Positions 23,601-36,061 of a stretch of 36,134 nucleotides of DNA are shown in pieces. Position numbers and translations under genes: made by a program. The notes under the pieces were generated by a model. That model saw only the letters and a program-made list of their open reading frames with translations. It was not told where the DNA came from and did no database searches. Numbering within the stretch: position 1 is the stretch's first letter; each line of letters starts with the position of its first letter. Location of the stretch: the NCBI GenBank assembly GCA_964200075.2, contig CAXNAA020000019.1, positions 1 through 36,134 of the forward strand, written 5' to 3'. The DNA comes from Sphacelaria rigidula (lineage: Eukaryota).

Positions 23601-26600
23601 CGTTACGATGGATGTCACTACGAGTATTTTGAACGCTCTTCAAGCCCAGGCATCAAGTGACAGGTGCGATGTGACGTCTGACCACATTCACAAGCAGATG
23701 CGTTTTTATCGTATTAGATACACGTGCGCAAGACGTCTGATGCCCAAGTAACAAGTTACTGCGGGATATGCTAACATGATCGGTTCACGTCCGTCTGGAG
23801 TACTTCCTCTGTCCCGTAAGTAAAGGTACCTAAATTTGTACGGGCCCTTAACAACGTCCGATCTATTTTTCCCTTTTTAATGAACTCTACGCTCTTTTTT
23901 GGGTTAAAAAAATGTGTTTGAAATTTGCAGCTCGTGCTTGAACCATGCCGCCGAACGGCTGCTAGAAAGTAGTCGGCCCAACAATGGCCGTTTTTTTGCT
24001 CCTCTCCGAGGGAAACAAAGTGTCGAATTTTTTTTTTTTTTTTTTTTTATAATCGCATGGGACTTCCTGGCAGCAAGCCCCAGTGAAGGCGGGGGTGGTA
24101 AAAAAAACATAAATAATAAAAAAAAAATCGACACTTTTTTCCCCCTCGGAAAGGGACAAAAAAACGGCCATTGTTGGGCCGACTACTTTTTTTACAGCCG
24201 TTCGGCGGCATGGTTCAAGCACGAGCTGCAAATTTTGAACATATTTTTTCAACCCAAAAAAGAGCGTAGAGTTCATTACAGAGGGAAAAATAGATAGGAC
24301 GTTGTTAAGGGCCCGTACAAATTTAGGTACCTTTACTTATGAGACAAGAGAAAGTATACTTCTTTTGACTGTTCATGTTTCGAGGTGACGCATTGTCATA
24401 CCTATTTTCTTGCCGAAGCGATGGTCGAGGTCAAAGTAAAATTGGATGGCGTGCTGCAACAACCTTGTGTCAAAACGTTTTGTTCATGTCAAGTCCTCAT
24501 GTCCCGAATGGATGACAATGATCCGAATAGTCTCGGTCGAAGGTTTCACGTCTTTCTTTACTTGATAACTGATGTGCCTCGATTCACTTTTGCAACACGC
24601 GCCATACCGTAACACCCTTTTTCTTGCGAGAGACATGGTATCTGTTCACGCTTCAACCATAAAACACTAGTTTACCACCCCGCAATCTGCGTATAGCAAG
24701 TTACTTCTACGCTGTCGGATCAATCGACTGAGGGAAGCTGAAATAACAGAAGAACAAAATGTATCATACTTCGGTGATCCGCTCCGAATCATTCCCGTCC
24801 GCCCCTGTTCATTGAAAGATTATCGACGAGAGAGTGAGCAAGGCGAGTTTTCTGGAGGAAAAGTATCGCATCAGCAAGAAGTGTGAGTGTCTTCCCATAC
24901 TTCCCATTCTATAAACCATACTAATTCAAGATGTTCCGCCGGATTCCATTGTCGAGAATTACTACCTACGAGTTCTACTCTCAGTGACCAGCGACATGGG
25001 GGTTCACTAGTTAGGATTTTGGAATATTTGTATTGCTCCTAAAATATCTAATAGATGACGTCCGAATAATTGCCGTTGCCACATCGTCCAAAAACTCGAC
25101 CTTTAAGGTGCCATTTCTGGCTTCTCCATAGCCAGGTGTTGGAACTCTTGCGGAGCCTTGTGTTGCACCACATCTTCCCTCTACTGCTTCTCGTCTCCAT
25201 CAACTAGCGATGATCCACTTCGATATGCCAATTTATTTTTGTGCTGCTTTGAGGCTGATGACGTGACCCAGAAAGTAATGTACCACGATTGTGAAGGCAA
25301 TCAGAGCGAAATGCGTTTTGTAGCGTCCGGCGAGTCCCCCGTATAGCTCGCACGGGGACTATGAACGTGAGTCCCCCCTATTCACTGTTTTGAATTGACA
25401 GTGACACCTGGAACTATTTGTAACCTCAGCTCGCCTGTACCTAGTTCGCTCAACGAGTTGGAGATTTATTTCCCAGTCATGATTCATTCACGAGCAGCGT
25501 GCGCTGTAGACTACCACCGCTTAGTCGGCACTGGTGCTGAAGTTGAGAGCAATAAACCCGGTCGAGGCGAATTATGGCATAAATACATTCCATATATCGC
25601 TGCCAGTATCATTCATCCCATTATCCGCTGAGCTGAAGAACGTCGTTTGATGTTGTATTTGCTGTTGAACGTTTGTTGATTGCATGGTGTCTCGTCTCGT
25701 TCGATGGTGACCACGGGAACCCATGATCATAATTTTTAGATTGAATAGTCATCCGGAAATCACCCTCACAATTGTAACGATTTGAAGCAGACCACCAATG
25801 CTGCAATCTGGCTAAAATTGAAAAATAATCACCCTTTGCACATATCTTGGAAACACGTGGACCTGTTCGCATTTTTCCATTGGAAACATATTGTTGACAC
25901 CATTTCACGAGCTGAAGAAAAAAATCGGCGTCGGTGAATGTGGTCTCTGCAGTAGTGAGTACCATCCCTCCAGCGGTAAGCGTGGTTGGGGATGTTTCTG
26001 CCGGGTGGCACGAGCACGCGCGTTGCAAGTTGGTCTCCGGGAGGGCTGGTAAATATGGTGGCACTGGCGTACCCATCAAGGCTGTGCTGACTCTGCAAAT
26101 GTCATACTGCACTGAACTATCTGTGCTTTTGACTTTGCGGTGCAGACCATGGGACAGTAAGTAACACATACCTTTGATAAAGTAGGAACACGGGGAACCC
26201 AATAGTACCAGCCCCGCCACGAAACACCACAGAGCACTCATGTCGCTGGGGGACACGGTTGAATCTTCCGTAGATCGTACCCAGCCTGACAGCCAGCGTG
26301 GTTAGCACGGCAGTTGATATGTCCCTAGGTTGGCAGGTTTGATTTCCGTGCTCGTCTAGTCAGTGCAGCAGATGAAAAACCAAGAGAGGATGGGCTCAAT
26401 CTTTTATTTTTGCCCGATATCGGCGGAGCTGTGAACGCCGACGCGAGTCTTCTTCCCGCTGGGCACCAATATTATGAAGTGCTGGCTTGCGGTGGTGTGT
26501 GGGGCTACCGTGCTGTTTTAGCAAGGATGCAGCCGGCGGCGACAATTTTTTCGTGTTGCTACGTTGCCGAGCGAAGTTGGTAAAAAAAAAACATCACGCA

Positions 26601-29600
26601 CCCCTCGTTGTCTCGATAAATAATTACTACGGACATGTATTGTATTGAGGTGAGCTTACACTAGTAAAGAAGGTACACTCGAACGCACACAACGATCTTT
26701 GCTATTATTTGGATCATGTGGTTCTAGACTGCAAGGAGAGAAGGTGGGTAGCAAACCATGCGGCGTTGGTGACTGCTCGTGGCAGTGAGCCACACGAACA
26801 TCACGTCTCTGTCAAAGTTGTCAGCAGGAGCGGTGTGTGCTCCTAACGGCGTCGTGCACCGAGATATATCGTTTTCGATCATTTCAAGCTATGCTTTATG
26901 ATTTGAAAATAGTAGATCCCTCATGCTTCCGTACTAAAACAGCCCATTTACGAGTACTCCGGGATCGGGATTTCCTACAAAACCGTTGCTGAACATTGGA
27001 TGCTTGCATGTACACCCCATGGTGCTGATAGAAAGTCGTGGTTTCAACTCGTGATCTAGCATATACGGACCCATCCTGCCTAACCGCGAAGCAAAGTGGG
27101 GGGGTGATTTTTCCATGTGGCCCGTCGGTTGAGGTCTGCCACCAATTGCGGCGTCCAAATCATGACCGAAACATCATCTTTCATTTTTGCGCATACCGCC
27201 AAGGTATCACAGTACCAATGTGTACGGCTGATGTGGCCACTTATCGATAGTACGCTCCCTACCGACACAAGCGTTCCATTAGTATCATCTCTGTGCCAAT
27301 GACACCACTATATAGTTGACGCTGAGACAAAAAATGTGAGGTGGATGGTGAGCTGACGGTGCCACACGCGGCGATTTTAAAGTTCCCCGGTATGAAGAAA
27401 CGCTGACGTGCTCGTCTGATTTCTGTCATTTGAATTGTTTGTATCGTCATTTTCCCCCCAGACTACAACACACGTAACGCACGTATTGCCAACTACTGTG
27501 CGAATGTTGGTTCGACGTCAAAAATGGACGGGAACATCGTCAGTAGGATGCATATTCGTGGTCCCGCGTATGGATTGTTCAGGGATATTCTCAGCGAGCG
27601 CACTAATTCTGACCATGTGGGCGGACAAAATGTTTTATTGCTCGCTGCTACCTGCGTGCAGGTTGTCTGGACAGGGGGCCCTGGCGTCTCTCGGGTCAAG
27701 CTGCGGCCAATGCGGGGTGCAAATCGTAGCCGAGGGCTTGTTTCCGGCGTTGCTGAACGTGCTCGAAGAGGGAGAGTTGCGGAGCCTGAGCGTTACAGAT
27801 GTAGACGTCTTCTTCACACCAGCCAACGTGCTGCATACCTCTCCCACTTCGCAGAGAAAGTCTGTGGCGACCGTGAGTAAGAATGCATCACGGCGGGGGA
27901 AGGACGCAGAAGAAGCAGAATGGGAAGAGCGCGTTCGGGCTGAACTTGGTGCGAAGGGGAAGACAGCGTCCGTCACGAAACGTGGCAAGGAGGGGGAAGA
28001 CGGTGCAAATCAAGAGGCGGTTAACCGTCTGCTCGCTGAAGAAAAAATAGTCCGCCGCAAGGTCGGGGACATCCGGAATCGTGCAATAGCGGCCCTTACC
28101 GGATTGACGTCAGGGTTCCGGACTTGTCCGAAAGTCGGGTTTGTTTGCATTCCTTCAGCTCTCCCAGTGCTGCTGCCGTTACTGGGCTGGAAACTGCTTG
28201 AACCAGCAGTGCATGAATGTGTTCAATCAGCCGCACTTACAGCTCTCGAAGAATCTCCTGGATGTGCGTCGCAGGTAGCGTCTGCTCTCCGTTCTATCCA
28301 GGTGCAGCCTAGCACGGCGGGTCGGTCTTCGGTTGTGAACGAGTGCTTGCAATGCGTCGCTCAAGTGTGTCTGCCAGACTCCGCCAATGAGAAGGTCCTT
28401 GAGGACAACGCTTTAGCCCTCGTGTTTCCCGTTGTGCAAGCGGTGCTTAATAACCCGCCGTCAATGCCGCAGTGCTCGCTTGCGCTGCGCATCGTGTCGA
28501 TTCACTCGAACATGGAGCAATACGGTCAGAACGAGAGAACAGTGCATAGAGGGCTGCGCAGATCCATGATAGAGGCGGTTTTGAATGTAGTGGATAAGTT
28601 CCCTCAAGCTGAACCAAGTCCCGAGGCTGTTCTTGCTTCGATCTGTACTGCCCCAGCGATGAACACAAGCGAGTGGAGTCCAGTGCTTGGAGGTAGTGGA
28701 CTACTCAGCGAGGCACCGCACGTGAGACTGGCATGCCTGGAGTCAGTCATGATGATGGTTCTGGATGGACAATCTCTAACGGGCGACCCGCTCGTCGAGA
28801 GTCGTCTGTGGCTGAGCAAGTTCGAGCCCGAGCAAGAAAATGCAGAGCTAGCATGCGAGGTGTGGGATGCACGGGGGTTGCCCCTCTCCCCGACATTTGC
28901 TGTGCCTCTGATGGTGCTGCTGTCAGACCGCAAATCGCATGTTCGGGATACCACAGCCCGCGCTTTGGCAGGGGGATTGAAGGAGCACCCCGAGTCATGT
29001 AACACTTTGCTGAAACGTCTGTATGACTTGTACAATGCCAGTAAACCGCTGGCACCGGAGAAGGACGACGCTAAGTTGGACATGGATAAATTTTTTGCAG
29101 CGCCGATGGGTGCAGAACCGACGTCGTCCGCGCGAGTTGATGATGGCTGGCCAACGCGAGCAGGAGTGGCTTCGACGATTCGGGCTGTCGGGGAAGCGCG
29201 GGCGTTCAATGAGGGAGACACGGGAGATGACGTCCAAGAGGCTTTCTCGTTCCTGGTCAAGGATGGTCTAGCTGACACCAACGTACGTGTGAGGGGGCAA
29301 ATGTTGGCTGCTGGAATTGCCATCATAACGGCTTATGGGGAAGACAAAGTGATTCGGTTTATACGTCCGTGCGAAGCAGTTATGGCGGAGAACTCGCGAC
29401 GTGGCGAAGACTCTCGGAGCTACGATTGGCGAAGGGAAGGTGTCGTAGTTTTCATGGGAAGTGCAGCTAAGCACTTGGACAAAGAGGACCCGAAAGTGTT
29501 GTCCATTGTGCAAACACTGATCGGCGCCCTTGCAACGCCGTCAGAGGCAGTCCAAATTGCTGTTTCGGACTGCCTGGCGCCTCTGATGAAGACCCCTGTC

Positions 29601-32600
29601 GTGAAGGAGCAAGGGCCAGCTCTTCTCAAGGGTCTTATTTCGCGATGTGTGGGGGGAAAGTCATATGGTGAAAGAAGGGGCGCGGCATTCGGGGTTGCAG
29701 CAGTGGTCAAAGGGTTGGGGATATCTGCCATCAAGAAGCACGAAGTGATTAGCTCCTTGGAAGCTGCATGTAAGTCCAGCAGCTTCCAGGCCAAGCAGGG
29801 CGCCCTTTGCGCTTTTGAGTGCATGTGTGTTCGTCTTGGACTTCTCTTCGAGCCGTACGTGATAGTGATTCTTCCTCACCTTCTGAAGTGCTTCGGCGAC
29901 TCGTCGAACTACGTGCGCGAGGCTGCCCATGACTGCGCCCGGGCCATCATGTCCAAGTTATCGGCCCATGGGGTGAAGCTCATCCTCCCAGCGATACTAA
30001 AATCGTTGTCCGATCCAGCCTGGAGGACCAAGCAAGGGGCAATCGAACTACTGGGGTCAATGGCATACTGTGCCCCGCGGCAGCTTGCCGACTCCCTGCC
30101 TATGATCGTCCCAAAACTGACGGATGCATTCGCCGATACCCACCCGAAAGTCCGTGACTCTGGGCGTAAAGCTCTTGAAGATATCGGGTCTGTCATCCGC
30201 AATCCGGAAGTGGCGAGTCTGTCGATGACACTTATGTCTGCGCTTTCCGATCCTTCAAAATTCACCAGGGGAGCACTGGAGGCACTACTGGCCTGCGAGT
30301 TCATGCATTCGATCGATGCACCGTCGCTTGCGTTGATGGTACCTGTGCTGCAGCGGGGGCTCAAGGATCGGTCTGCGGAAGTGAAGCGGAAGGCAGCTCT
30401 GATCACGGGAAATACATGCAGTATGATTTCCGAGTCAAAAGATTTGCTGCCATATTTGTCGGCTATTGTACCAGGCCTCAAGTCAACTTGTGTGGATCCG
30501 ATCCCCGATGTACGTGCCACGGCAGCTAAGGCTCTTGCTGCCTTGGTGAGGGGCATGGGCGAGGACAAGGTCGGTGACTTGGTGCCATGGCTAATCGAGA
30601 CTCTGAAGGCCGACAGCAGCTCATCGGAACGTAGTGGTGGTGCACAAGCGTTGTCTGAAGTTTTGGTGGTGACGGGTGCAGCTCGGGCTAAGGCTGTTCT
30701 TGGGGATTTGCTGCCTTTAGCGGCTCATCCAAAGGGTGCTGTGCGAGAGGGCGTGTTATGGGTCTTATGTTTTCTCCCGGGAGCTATGGCGAAGGAGTTT
30801 GCACCCGTCATCCCGCAAGCGCTACCAGTTGTTCTGTCTGGCCTCAGTGACGAGGTTGAGACTGTGCGAGAGGTTGCTCTTCGCGCTGGGCAAGTACTTG
30901 TATCGACACACGGCAAGACACATTCAGATCAACTCCTGCCTGCACTGGAGGATGGGCTATTTGACGACAATTGGCGCATCCGACAGAGTTCTGTCCAGCT
31001 GCTGGGTGATCTGCTCTATCTCATCGGCGATACCAAAGAGATTGCACTTGACGAAGGTCTATCAGAGGATGACGCACGTGGTAGTACACGTGCAGGCGAA
31101 GCCATCGAGGAGGCGCTTGGCCTCGAGAGACGCAACAGCATCTTGGCATCGTTATATCTCATTCGATCAGACACTAGCGCTGTTGTCAGACAGAGCGCTC
31201 TGCAGGTGTGGAAGACCGTAGTTCCCAACACCCCGAAGGCCTTGCGCGAAATTTTGCCTCTCCTCATTGGCCAGATCGTGACTGCACTCGCAAGTGGGCA
31301 TGAAGACAAACGCACGGTTGCTGGGCGCGCCTTGGGAGATATCGTCAAGAAGCTTGGTGACCAGGTTCTTCCAGAGGTTGTGCCGTTCTTGCGACGGGGC
31401 CTCGAGTCGGGCAACGAAAACATGCGACAAGGCGTTTGTTTGGGACTTGCTGAGATCATGGAGTGCGCTACATCTCGGCAAGTAGAAGAGTTCATCGACA
31501 CGCTGGTGCCTGCGATCCAAGACGCATTGTGCGACCCTAGCCCCGAGGTTCGAGAGCAATCTGCGCAGGCTTTCCATAGCCTGTATAAGGTTGTCGGTCT
31601 TAGGTCCATCGAGCACGTTGTTCCTTCATTGCTCACGCAACTTGGACAAGACGGTGACACTGAAGGTGCATCCAGTACGAGAGAGAGGGCTGTTTTTGGG
31701 CTGAAAGAGATATTGCAGCTCCGCCCCCGGGATTTGCTGCCATACCTCATTCCGAGGTTGGTTGCCGCGCCTATTTCCGTGGCCCACTCACGGGCGCTGG
31801 GAGCCGTCGCGGAGGTCACGGGAGGATCTATTCATGCCCACCTTGCCACCATTATACCTGCTGTGGTGGCGGAGCTAGCACGTACAGATTATACCTCCGT
31901 GAACGAGGCAGGTGAAAAGACGCTTCAAGAGCACGAGGCCCTCATGCATGCTGCTTCGACCCTGATGTCGTCGGTTCAGACGATCGGCATGAGTTGGCTT
32001 TGCAATGAGGTGACGCGCCCAATGTCTCATAAGGACGCGGGGCATCGAAAGTGGTCTACATGGCTGGTGGAGCAGTTGCTCTGCGGCTCGAAGGCTGAGT
32101 TTGAAGATCGGGTGCCCCAGCTCCTGAAAGAGCTCTTGCAACGTCTTGTCGATACAGACCGTGATGTGCTGACTGCTGCGTGGGCGGCCCTCAAAGCCCT
32201 CAATGTTAGGGTGCCAGCAGAAGAGTTGGTGCCACACCTCACTTTCGCAAGAAGCATAATCGTGTCGATTGTGAGTGATGCGCGTCACCGGAAAGGCGGC
32301 GGCGGCGGCGCGGGGGAATATCTTTTACCAGGGACGAATATTCCAAAGGGGCTGGAGCCGTTGCTTCCAATGTACCAACAGGGACTCATGCACGGCACTC
32401 CTGCCGTGCGCGAAGCTGCAGCATCGGGCATTGGTGAACTGGTTGATGTCACGTCCATGAAGTTTCTCCAGCCGTTCTTGATCAAGATCACAGGGCCACT
32501 GATTCGTATCGTGGGTGACCGATTCCCTCCTGGGGTAAAGGCCGCTATTCTACACACTCTTGGGTTGCTCCTCGGAAAAGGGGGCGCAAGCCTAAAACCG

Positions 32601-32922
32601 TTCGTTCCCCAGCTACAGACGACGTTCGTGAAGGCACTTGGAGACTCGAGTAGAACTGTGAGGAATCAGAGCCGTATTGCCCTTGGACAGCTGATGGGGT
32701 TGACGACGCGTGTGGATCCTCTCATTTCCGACCTTGCTTCTGCCGCGTCCTCAGCGGCTGATGTTGCCGTAAAGGCGACAATACTGGAAGCTCTCACAGA
32801 AGTTTTGGAAACGGCCGGTACGAAGGCGTCATCAGGTGCCATCGAACAAGTCATCGCCATTATTACAGCTCTGCAAAGTGAACAGGATGAAGCTGTCAAA
32901 ACAGCGGCTTTACAGAGCTTAG
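17606..32922 (+). CDS. GCN1: GCN1, eIF2-alpha kinase (GCN2) activator, HEAT-repeat protein; probably 3'-incomplete
   Basis: Exons 17606-17918, 20470-20814, 21657-22012, 22174-23073, 23329-23663 and 27662-32922 are GT-AG and in phase, giving about 2503 codons. GCN1 motifs include ALATPSEAVQIAVSDCL, YGERRGAAFGVAAVVKGLG, LGLLFEPYV, KLSAHGVKLILP, WRTKQGAIELLGSMAYCAP, HSIDAPSLAL, DDNWRIRQSSVQLLGDLL, VIKITGPLIR-like LIKITGPLIRIVGDRF and PQLQTTFVKAL. The last exon ends at a strong donor, TTAG|GTGAGC. Confidence 0.96.
18227..18536. mobile_element. piggyBac-like MITE (310 bp) flanked by TTGA direct repeats, GCN1 intron 1
   Basis: Left end CCCTTTGAATGCCAGG matches the reverse complement of the right end, CCCTTTCACCGCCAGG, at 13/16. 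TTGA occurs at 18223-18226 and 18537-18540. Confidence 0.7.
18623..19696 (+). repeat. Tandem array of about 17 units of about 44 bp, interrupted after unit 4
   Basis: Consensus GGGCGAGCACTCGAGTCATTGCTCGTTGTGGAAACAAACTAATA. Units start at about 18623, 18667, 18711 and 18755, then 19141 through about 19661. Confidence 0.95.
18796..19128 (-). mobile_element. Internally deleted, diverged copy (333 bp) of the 4216-5256 piggyBac-type element, nested in the tandem array
   Basis: 18796-~18955 is the reverse complement of ~5096-5256 (shared GACACGTCATTCCT.ACCAGCCT..TTGGTCGTTCTGGAGGCCC.GTCCCA and AAATAGATTGGATAAAACTTT). ~19025-19128 matches 4216-4318 (GGGAGCGACCTG.CCAATC..GGCGAGGCGAAAT). Flanks TTGA and GTAA look like decayed TTAA. 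Confidence 0.88.
23803..24354. mobile_element. Stowaway-like (Tc1/mariner) foldback MITE, 552 bp, with inverted arms of about 225 bp, GCN1 intron 5
   Basis: TA|CTTCCTCTGTCCCGTAAGTAAAGGTACCTAAATTTGTACGGGCCCTTAACAACGTCC... is mirrored by ...GGACGTTGTTAAGGGCCCGTACAAATTTAGGTACCTTTACTTATGAGACAAGAGAAAG|TA. It has a TA TSD, and its terminus resembles the Stowaway consensus CTCCCTCCGT. Confidence 0.88.
27662..32922 (+). CDS. GCN1: GCN1 exon 6 (5261 bp)
   Basis: Lies inside ORF 27435..32972. The acceptor GTGCAG at 27661 is phase-compatible with the donor at 23664. Confidence 0.93.
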
Positions 32923-33027
32923 GTGAGCGGTGGCAGAAGGTATATTTTCCCATGATGTGTAAGGAATCATAGATTCAAAAATTGTCGAGTATATGCTGAC
33001 GTCTTTATATCTCGTGTAGGGCTTTGT

Positions 33028-33044
33028 TATATATATATATATAT
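33028..33044. repeat. (TA)n microsatellite
   Basis: tatatatatatatatat. Confidence 0.85.
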
Positions 33045-35191
33045 TGACCAAGAACGGGCATTTTGCGTCACCAAAGGAATCACTGTATTGCTGCCCAAAT
33101 ACGAATAATGTAAGCCAACTGCCCGTGCAAGCAGTTTGATGTTTGACTGAGTTGTACTTTTCAAACAAACCACTCCCTCCTGAAATTCGTGCAAAACACA
33201 TGGACTGTTCGGGAACCAAATTGAGCCTGAGATCAAAGTGCTTCCGCGAGGAATCCGCAAACTACGCCGGGGTCGGTCGAAAGATGGGGAAAATATCTCC
33301 GAGCTGGCAAAACCTCCCTAGCCCCTCGGGCGAAAGAAATCACCGAGCGCCAACAGCCATTTTTTATACTCGTATCCTTTTTTATTTCATCGCAAGAAGC
33401 GCTTGAGAGATGGACTCTCCATGAATGAAGAGTATGTCACGAATGGCTTCTTCGATCTGCCATGTTGAAAGGTGAACGGACGATCTACGTTGCCTATCGT
33501 CTGGTGTAGTGAACCACCCATGATGATCCTCTTGGAGAGCATTCTGTTCAGGAATTCTCGTATTCTGTCCTCCCGGACATCGCGGGTGGGCATGTTAGAG
33601 AGCTGTGATCGGAGGCTTGAAAAAAACACTTTTCGTTGCGGTGTGTTCTGATATTCGGCTGAATCATTAATGCGGAAAATCGTAAAATTACAGTTTGCAC
33701 AAAATTCTCGAGTGTCCCTTGAATCCGGCAAAGATGATGATTGAAGTTTCTGAATACACTCCAGCCTCCCATCAAGTTCACCAAGCTCACCGACGATTTC
33801 GCCGATGATAGAACGCAAGACATAATTTCCAAGAGTTCCACCCCAACTCGAATAACACAAAATGCTTATTTTCTCACTAAACCAAGACACGGTTACACAC
33901 GGTCCACATGGTTTTCTCCATTGCGCCTGAGGAGGATTCTTCGCAAATTTCCTTGCAGATTCATTCACGGTCATGTCCATTTCTCATGAACTCACACACG
34001 TGCACCGCGACTGAAGTACAAGTTGCATTCCTCACGTGTCGTTTTTCTGTCATCGACCGGCTTGTAAGCGGGATTTGACTGGTTTTGGTGTATTGTTCAT
34101 TTTGATCAAGTTGGAGGTTCTTGTGCCATTCCCGCTTCGCGCCGGCCGTTTTTTTGCATATGCTGTGCAACGCTTTCCACGATTACTTTGATGTATGATG
34201 ACAAATTTGAATGTCGCGTGTTGTGGAGTCTACACATTCGGCCTTTACTTCATCAGGGCAAATAACGTGGGTGGCGGTGTGTATCACCGATTCACAGTAC
34301 ACCCTTCCTGAATACCGCCATATGGTGGCGAGTTTCCGACTATTTTTGGCCCCACGTCGGATATCTACTACATCGAGGCACGTAGTGTATCACCCCGCCC
34401 CCCCGCCGTCCTTCCGGTCTTGAGACTACGGTATGCAGTATCATGAGTACACCCTCGCCGTACCCCCCTCAGTGCAACCTCAGGGAGAGGTGGGTTTTCG
34501 GATCCAAAAACTCATCACCCAAGGACAGCGTGCACCCTCATTTACGGTATAGCATCCAGCAAGTATAACAGATGATGACAGCGATTGAGATGTATCCCAT
34601 ACGTGAAATTTGAAGTCTGGTCAATGATTTGGGGGCAGATTTGGGTGAGATAAGACGAGAAAGTGCGAATATAATCGTTGGCTTGGCGGTTCCTCTCCCT
34701 CCATGAGACACCCGTGAGCACTGGAACCCTTGGCTGTCTCTAAAAGTGGCGATACCATAAAATGAAGCCTGTCATTCGGGGTTGTCGTCCATATGCGAGA
34801 TAATTCATACGCTTTGGACCGAACAATCTTGGCAGGACGCAGATCAAGCCTCATGCGGCTCGCCGAGCACATCACGGCGCTTCGCGCTTGGTGATCGATT
34901 GCGATCCTGATCCAGCGACAACCCGGCGTACTCCGTCCCAGCTTTCTAGGGATGCGAGGTCAATGGTATCATCACTACGGCATTCAAGATCATGAGTACC
35001 CCCACCCCCCAGTAGGCACCAGCATAACCGTGCTGCAAGATACTGCCGCTGTGACACCACATCGCTTTATACGTTACAGAGGCGACGGCTGTAATCTTTG
35101 AATTGTTGACATCCTATTGCAAACGGTTTTGACAGGATCACGCTCATGCCGTAAAATGAATGCCTAGGTTGAAGTTAGAAGTCTTTTGTAG

Positions 35192-35232
35192 CCCTTTCGG
35201 AACCCCTTCCCGTCCCCGGGCCACACGCCTCA
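35192..35232. mobile_element. Isolated piggyBac-like terminus related to 6088
   Basis: CCCTTTCGGAACCCCTTCCCGTCCCCGGGCCACACGCCTC aligns with CCCTTTCGGAACTGTCCCTTCCTATCCCGAGTCAAGCGCCTC at 6088. No partner end is seen in the window. Confidence 0.4.
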
Positions 35233-36038
35233 AGATGTCAAGCCTTGACAAAGAAGAAAATATGGCGACAGAATAGGCCGACGGCAGCCGTTTAACCGTT
35301 GAAGATCACAGAAGAATCCACCAGCACAGGCCACGGGTGCACGAAAAATGTCCCCCCGGGGAGGTCGAGTAAGGTTTATCTATTCAAACCACGCAACGGG
35401 TGAAGTGTCTAATTATATTAATCGACAAAAATCCACAAACACGCTATGAAACTCGCAAAACAGCAAGGGGTTCCGGGCTCCGATTCGGCACATCCGCATG
35501 TCAGCCACCGTTTTGGTGGGGTGCACCATTGGATGACGGGTATGCTGTGAATATGCTGTGGATAATCAAGCATATATCGTAAATCCATCAACCGCATCTC
35601 ATCAATTCCCCTCACCAGGTCCAAAAGAGTTAGTGAACAGTCGCCAATTCCATTTCCTGGCTGAACCACGGCATCCACATTGTTTAAACCGCTGTGCTTG
35701 AATGAAAGTGTGGGAACACTGAAAGAAGGCACGTGATGTATAGAGCATGAGGGCTCGATACCAAGTGTACGTCGACGCCGTGATTCAAATGGCGTGACAT
35801 ATGTTGGAATCTTCGGCATGCCGTGGAACGAAGGCGTCGTTGCCTTGATTTCACCTTACTACACTACTGGTACCGAATTACATTGTCTCACTGATACAGG
35901 CTGGGCCGCGTAAGACGCGGACAGGGATGTGAACACGCGATTTAGCGGGTCAATTTTGGGTCGTTTTCTATGAAATTTTGACACAGTGTTCAGGACGTAT
36001 GTGCGAAGACGCCCCCATTTGCCCCGTGCATTTTTTTT

Positions 36039-36061
36039 GGGGGGGGGGGGGGGGGGGGGGG
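36039..36061. repeat. Poly-G homopolymer (23 nt) preceded by T8
   Basis: Direct observation. Confidence 0.9.

Noticed and set aside
23904..24297. Mirror-image ORFs on both strands
   Set aside because: They are artefacts of the inverted repeat and homopolymer runs.
27435..27661. N-terminal 76 codons of the 1845-aa ORF as the GCN1 start
   Set aside because: This is intronic read-through. The phase-compatible acceptor is at 27661 and five upstream exons exist.
9161..32922. Functional cluster or tandem duplication of two HEAT-repeat genes
   Set aside because: PP2A-A and GCN1 are ancient separate families with no visible nucleotide similarity, so adjacency is probably coincidental.
28447..32953. 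Many antisense ORFs over GCN1 (up to 267 aa)
   Set aside because: These are the shadow ORFs expected opposite a long coding exon.
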